20,000 nucleotides of DNA, from the IMG/VR virus record IMGVR_UViG_3300027852_000004; one strand, 5' to 3'. Source of the stretch: an uncultured virus (IMG/VR IMGVR_UViG_3300027852_000004) (lineage: Duplodnaviria > Heunggongvirae > Uroviricota > Caudoviricetes). Each line of letters starts with the position of its first letter. Position 1 is the stretch's first letter. The notes beneath the pieces were generated by a model, which did not search any database, was not told the DNA's origin, and saw only the letters and a program-made list of their open reading frames with translations. Shown in pieces: positions 17,181 through 20,000 of the stretch. A program made the position numbers and the translations under genes.

Positions 17181-17388
17181 TGTTAGTCTCCTTATAGCTG
17201 GTTCCACCGTGAGTATTACGAAATGCACGGCGCTCAGCAGTAACGGCACGCTGGTATGTTATGGTGGCTTCACTGCCATGAGCAATTGCAGGTTGACACT
17301 TGGTGACCTCTTTGGTCTCCAGAAATGCATCAATGGCAGCTTGGTCAGATGATGTGATGGGGGTCTTACTTGATTTGACTGTAGACAT
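17173..17388 (-). CDS. small early protein
   Basis: 71 aa, AAGGA RBS, first gene after a strong promoter; AAIDAFLETKEVTKCQP motif. Confidence 0.7.
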   Translation of the reverse strand: MSTVKSSKTPITSSDQAAIDAFLETKEVTKCQPAIAHGSEATITYQRAVTAERRAFRNTHGGTSYKETNNA

Positions 17389-17426
17389 TATTTTTGTATC
17401 CTTTTGTTTTATGAATGTATGATTTT

Positions 17427-17455
17427 ATTATATAGCATCTATTTATAACACTCAA
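17427..17455 (-). promoter_or_regulatory. strong sigma70-like promoter, AGATGCTA class
   Basis: TTGAGT-17 bp-TATAAT with an AT-rich UP-like tract. Confidence 0.8.
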
Positions 17456-17510
17456 GAGGCTTTTAAAATAAAAATTTGATGTCTCCTTGCACGGCGGATT
17501 GTAGACTTTT

Positions 17511-17537
17511 CGGAAGTATCGGAAGTATCGGAAATAT
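17511..17537. repeat. 9-bp tandem repeat, 3 copies
   Basis: CGGAAGTAT CGGAAGTAT CGGAAATAT. Confidence 0.85.
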
Positions 17538-17782
17538 CACACATTCACTGCTACTACTACTCATTAGTTAGTGTTGGTGTTAGAGTTCTCCGCAACCTTA
17601 ACTTAGGTTCACACCATAAGTAAGTCACCTCTATGGGAGGAAGTTAAGAACCTGATTGAGTCTACCCCGTACCGCACAATGAAAATTCGACGGATTTCAA
17701 TATTGAAAGGTACTGAATACTCAAGGATCCTAATGCGGTAACAGCTAAGGCAAGTAAGTGGTATCTATAATACATACGGATC

Positions 17783-17791
17783 TGTGGATAA
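17783..17791 (-). promoter_or_regulatory. consensus DnaA box
   Basis: TGTGGATAA on + (TTATCCACA on -), directly preceded by GATC; function not shown. Confidence 0.5.
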
Positions 17792-17821
17792 TTGTAAGGG
17801 AGAAACCGTTGGTTAATTTAT

Positions 17822-17972
17822 ATACTGTCAAATTAACCCCCGGGAATATCCTGAAAACCAACGTTTTCTTCCCGCAAAAAATGTGGAGGAGTCGACAAGT
17901 TTTGAATTGTTTTTAGAACACGTTGTCAAGAAAAACATTCATACTGTCAAATTAACCCCCGGGAATATCCTG
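17822..17972 (+). repeat. perfect 32-bp direct repeat, 2 copies
   Basis: ATACTGTCAAATTAACCCCCGGGAATATCCTG at 17822-17853 and 17941-17972. Confidence 0.95.
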
Positions 17973-18001
17973 TAACCACCGGGATTGGCGCGATAAAGGT
18001 G

Positions 18002-18202
18002 TAGGTTAACTTATTGAAATATATAGATAATATTAGTTTCGTTGGTTAGTTAGTTATATCTAATATATAATAAAAAAGAAGTGGATGAATAAAAAAAGGT
18101 ATTAAAATATATAGAAAATATTTGTATATATATAGTATAAAATTAACCAACTAACCAACGGTTTCTGCCAATTTAGGTTAACTTGTTGAAAACATTAGAT
18201 AA
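18002..18202 (+). repeat. 29-bp imperfect direct repeat, 2 copies (IHF-like core)
   Basis: TAGGTTAACTTATTGAAATATATAGATAA (18002-18030) vs TAGGTTAACTTGTTGAAAACATTAGATAA (18174-18202), 24/29 identical. Confidence 0.85.
18040..18160. repeat. 17-bp inverted repeat flanking an AT-rich core
   Basis: CGTTGGTTAGTTAGTTA (18040-18056) vs TAACCAACTAACCAACG (18144-18160), 16/17 complementary. Confidence 0.85.
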
Positions 18203-18495
18203 AATCTGTGTGAGTATTGAATGACGTATGAGAATCCCCAGTAGTTTCACAATTTATTGTTAGAAATCAACTAGTTAAACCACCGGGTTTTCCAACGAAC
18301 TTGTTGTGTTGTGATATGGAGTGTACTTCTACGGAATGAATGATAGTGAATCTGACGTGGCTGTGTGTAGGTCCGATCTTGGCAGGACCTACAAAAATTT
18401 CGGTTTGTCAGGAAATCCCAACCTCCCTATTTTTAAAATTTGAACCGCGCTCAGTTACTAGCAACTTACCTGTAGCAGTGGTAAACAGGTTAAGC

Positions 18496-18525
18496 GTACC
18501 TACGTACTTGGTACCTACGTACCTG
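18496..18525. repeat. 15-bp tandem repeat, 2 copies
   Basis: GTACCTACGTACTTG GTACCTACGTACCTG. Confidence 0.85.
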
Positions 18526-18539
18526 GTCCTCACATGCAC

Positions 18540-18576
18540 AAAAAAAGACCCGAACCAGCGTACCGGAACGGATCTT
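18540..18576 (-). terminator. intrinsic terminator closing the early unit
   Basis: AAGATCCG-TT-CCGG-TACG-CTGG-TT-CGGGTCTT followed by a T run. Confidence 0.75.
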
Positions 18577-18597
18577 AGCTTTGTCAAGCGTTGGGCC

Positions 18598-18681
18598 CTA
18601 GAAGATGAGTGACGGGAGCACCAGTGCTACGAGGAGCACCAACATGACCCCGCCAAAGAAGTACAAGAGTACGTGGCCCAT
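18598..18681 (-). CDS. 27-aa single-pass membrane peptide
   Basis: Not in the track: MGHVLLYFFGGVMLVLLVALVLPSLIF; starts 1 nt after the upstream stop and ends before the terminator. Confidence 0.55.
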   Translation of the reverse strand: MGHVLLYFFGGVMLVLLVALVLPSLIF

Positions 18682-18682
18682 C

Positions 18683-18928
18683 CTACTTTTCTGTGGCAGC
18701 TTTTAGTGCATCGTTAACCAGGACGTTACGGACATGCTGGTACCGGATACCCATGAACCGTGAGATGTCAGCTCGTGTAAAACCTTCGGCCGACAGTTTA
18801 CGGATCACTGCAGATTTGGTGACCAGCTCTTTCATCAGGGCCGACAGCTCGTACGTATCACCCGGAAGTGCAACTTTGACTTCTTCGGTTTTTGCGACAG
18901 GTGCAGTGTTTGTTTTCTTAGTAGACAT
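18683..18928 (-). CDS. small HTH DNA-binding protein
   Basis: TKSAVIRKLSAEGFTRADISRFMGIRYQHVRNVL is an HTH pattern; GAAAGGA RBS. Confidence 0.8.
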   Translation of the reverse strand: MSTKKTNTAPVAKTEEVKVALPGDTYELSALMKELVTKSAVIRKLSAEGFTRADISRFMGIRYQHVRNVLVNDALKAATEK

Positions 18929-18982
18929 GATATGATCCTTTCAAGATCTAGATAGTAGAAACGTTATTGTTTCTATGATATT

Positions 18983-19012
18983 ATTATATAGCATCTTCAT
19001 ATTGGTACGCAA
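18983..19012 (-). promoter_or_regulatory. sigma70-like promoter, AGATGCTA class
   Basis: TTGCGT-18 bp-TATAAT; shares AGATGCTATATAATAA with the promoter at 17427. Confidence 0.75.
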
Positions 19013-19021
19013 GCATTATTT

Positions 19022-19279
19022 TCACCCTGGTGTTAAATTAATTTGTACCTGATTACCAACTACTCCGTCAGCCCGCCCAGCAGCAACATAGTAGTCTACC
19101 AGGAGCTCTATGTCTCTCATAGTAGAATGACCTGAGGCTACCATGTCCCTATGTTCGGCCTTTAGTTTTTCCAGTAGGGCCTGACGATTGGTCAACATCC
19201 AACCGAGTAACATACACGTTTCTAATTTGTCTTCCATTTCTTGACGGACTTGGATCATTGACTTACTAGGGCTTGACAT
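19022..19279 (-). CDS. hypothetical early protein
   Basis: Start MSSPSK after a GAGGAG RBS. Confidence 0.7.
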   Translation of the reverse strand: MSSPSKSMIQVRQEMEDKLETCMLLGWMLTNRQALLEKLKAEHRDMVASGHSTMRDIELLVDYYVAAGRADGVVGNQVQINLTPG

Positions 19280-19421
19280 TGTGGATCTCCTCACCATTAA
19301 TTGCGACGTACTCGACTTCGTCAGGACTGACTTTCCCTAACCAGTCTCGGATCTCTTCGAACGACATATTGGTAAACTGGAAGGCGTCCCGGTTACGAAC
19401 TAGTTTAATTTCGATGATCAT
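19266..19421 (-). CDS. small hypothetical protein (51 aa)
   Basis: Not in the track: MIIEIKLVRNRDAFQFTNMSFEEIRDWLGKVSPDEVEYVAINGEEIHNVKP; GAAGGA RBS. Confidence 0.65.
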   Translation of the reverse strand: MIIEIKLVRNRDAFQFTNMSFEEIRDWLGKVSPDEVEYVAINGEEIHNVKP

Positions 19422-19457
19422 GGTCTTATTCCTTCAGAGTGAATTCTAGGTTGGCTG

Positions 19458-19715
19458 TTATGTAGTACCGAATAGTTTACGTTGGGTCTTACCATTGTAC
19501 AGGATCGAGTAACGTTCGGTAGGCTTACCATTTACCGTTACCTGTACGTTACAGGACTTATCTTGGTACACTATTACCTTACCCTTACACGCGGTAGCAC
19601 ATGCTACGTCTTCCGTACCGGACGGTTCGGTTTCTAGTAGAAAGATACGCGGGTCACGTATCGATCGGTTTTTAGGGTACAGGTAGATAGTACCATCACG
19701 TAACGGGTTGTACAT
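19458..19715 (-). CDS. hypothetical early protein
   Basis: 85 aa; AAGGAG RBS. Confidence 0.7.
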   Translation of the reverse strand: MYNPLRDGTIYLYPKNRSIRDPRIFLLETEPSGTEDVACATACKGKVIVYQDKSCNVQVTVNGKPTERYSILYNGKTQRKLFGTT

Positions 19716-19726
19716 TGTTGGTCTCC

Positions 19727-19939
19727 TTAAGTTAGTAGGTCTGGATCTAGGGTACGTATGTTCTCTAGTACCTGTTCTAGTTGGTCGGGGTAACAGTTTT
19801 CTACCATGTTGATGAATAGTTCGGTAGGGCTAACATGTAAGGTACCTTTACATGTATGTAGTTCGGTTTCGTTCGGGTCTCTATTATCGACCTCATAACC
19901 TAGATTCGGTAACTTCGGTACGTAAGATTCGGTATTCAT
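19727..19939 (-). CDS. hypothetical early protein
   Basis: 70 aa; GAGGA RBS; TATAAT -10 element at 19973-19978, with the -35 cut by the window edge. Confidence 0.7.
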   Translation of the reverse strand: MNTESYVPKLPNLGYEVDNRDPNETELHTCKGTLHVSPTELFINMVENCYPDQLEQVLENIRTLDPDLLT

Positions 19940-20000
19940 TTTTTAGTCCTCTTATTTTGATGTACGTAATTAATTATAATATATTTTCGATGGTACTTTC

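Noticed and set aside
17822..17972. 32-bp repeats as a mini-CRISPR array partnered with the Cas4-like gene
   Set aside because: Only two copies, an 87-bp spacer (far longer than CRISPR spacers), no cas1/cas2, and the nuclease sits 15 kb away in a recombination module.
121..18935. All plus-strand ORFs and nested minus-strand ORFs in the track (e.g. 2636-2938, 7404-7712, 10041-10481, 18340-18612)
   Set aside because: They lie antisense to or inside well-supported genes or terminators, lack RBS and motifs, and promoters/terminators all point to the minus strand.

Overview
A 20-kb segment of a tailed dsDNA bacteriophage genome with every credible gene on the minus strand. Read in the direction of transcription (right to left): (i) 18600-20000, small early-type genes behind strong sigma70-like promoters, with strongly skewed word usage (GTAC-rich, GC-dinucleotide-poor); (ii) 17460-18540, a ~1-kb non-coding block with a perfect DnaA box, IHF-like sites, a perfect 32-bp direct repeat and inverted repeats around an AT-rich core (origin-like or injection-stop/terminus-like); (iii) small Cys-rich genes, a GHKL-like ATPase, a wHTH-like protein and a TOPRIM primase/P-loop helicase; (iv) an HTH-like protein and a RuvC-like resolvase; (v) a separately promoted unit with two unclassified structured RNA elements, an unlisted C2H2 zinc-finger gene, an HNH endonuclease and SWIM/Zn-ribbon genes; (vi) ATP-dependent DNA ligase, SNF2-type helicase and a macrodomain-like protein; (vii) a recombination module of Cas4-like PD-(D/E)XK nuclease, Sak4-like AAA ATPase and DUF669-like SSB. 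I found no tRNA, CRISPR array or integrase. The best novelty candidates are the structured-RNA unit at 8200-9107 and the non-coding block next to the compositionally anomalous early region. All calls come from reading motifs by eye; no searches were run.
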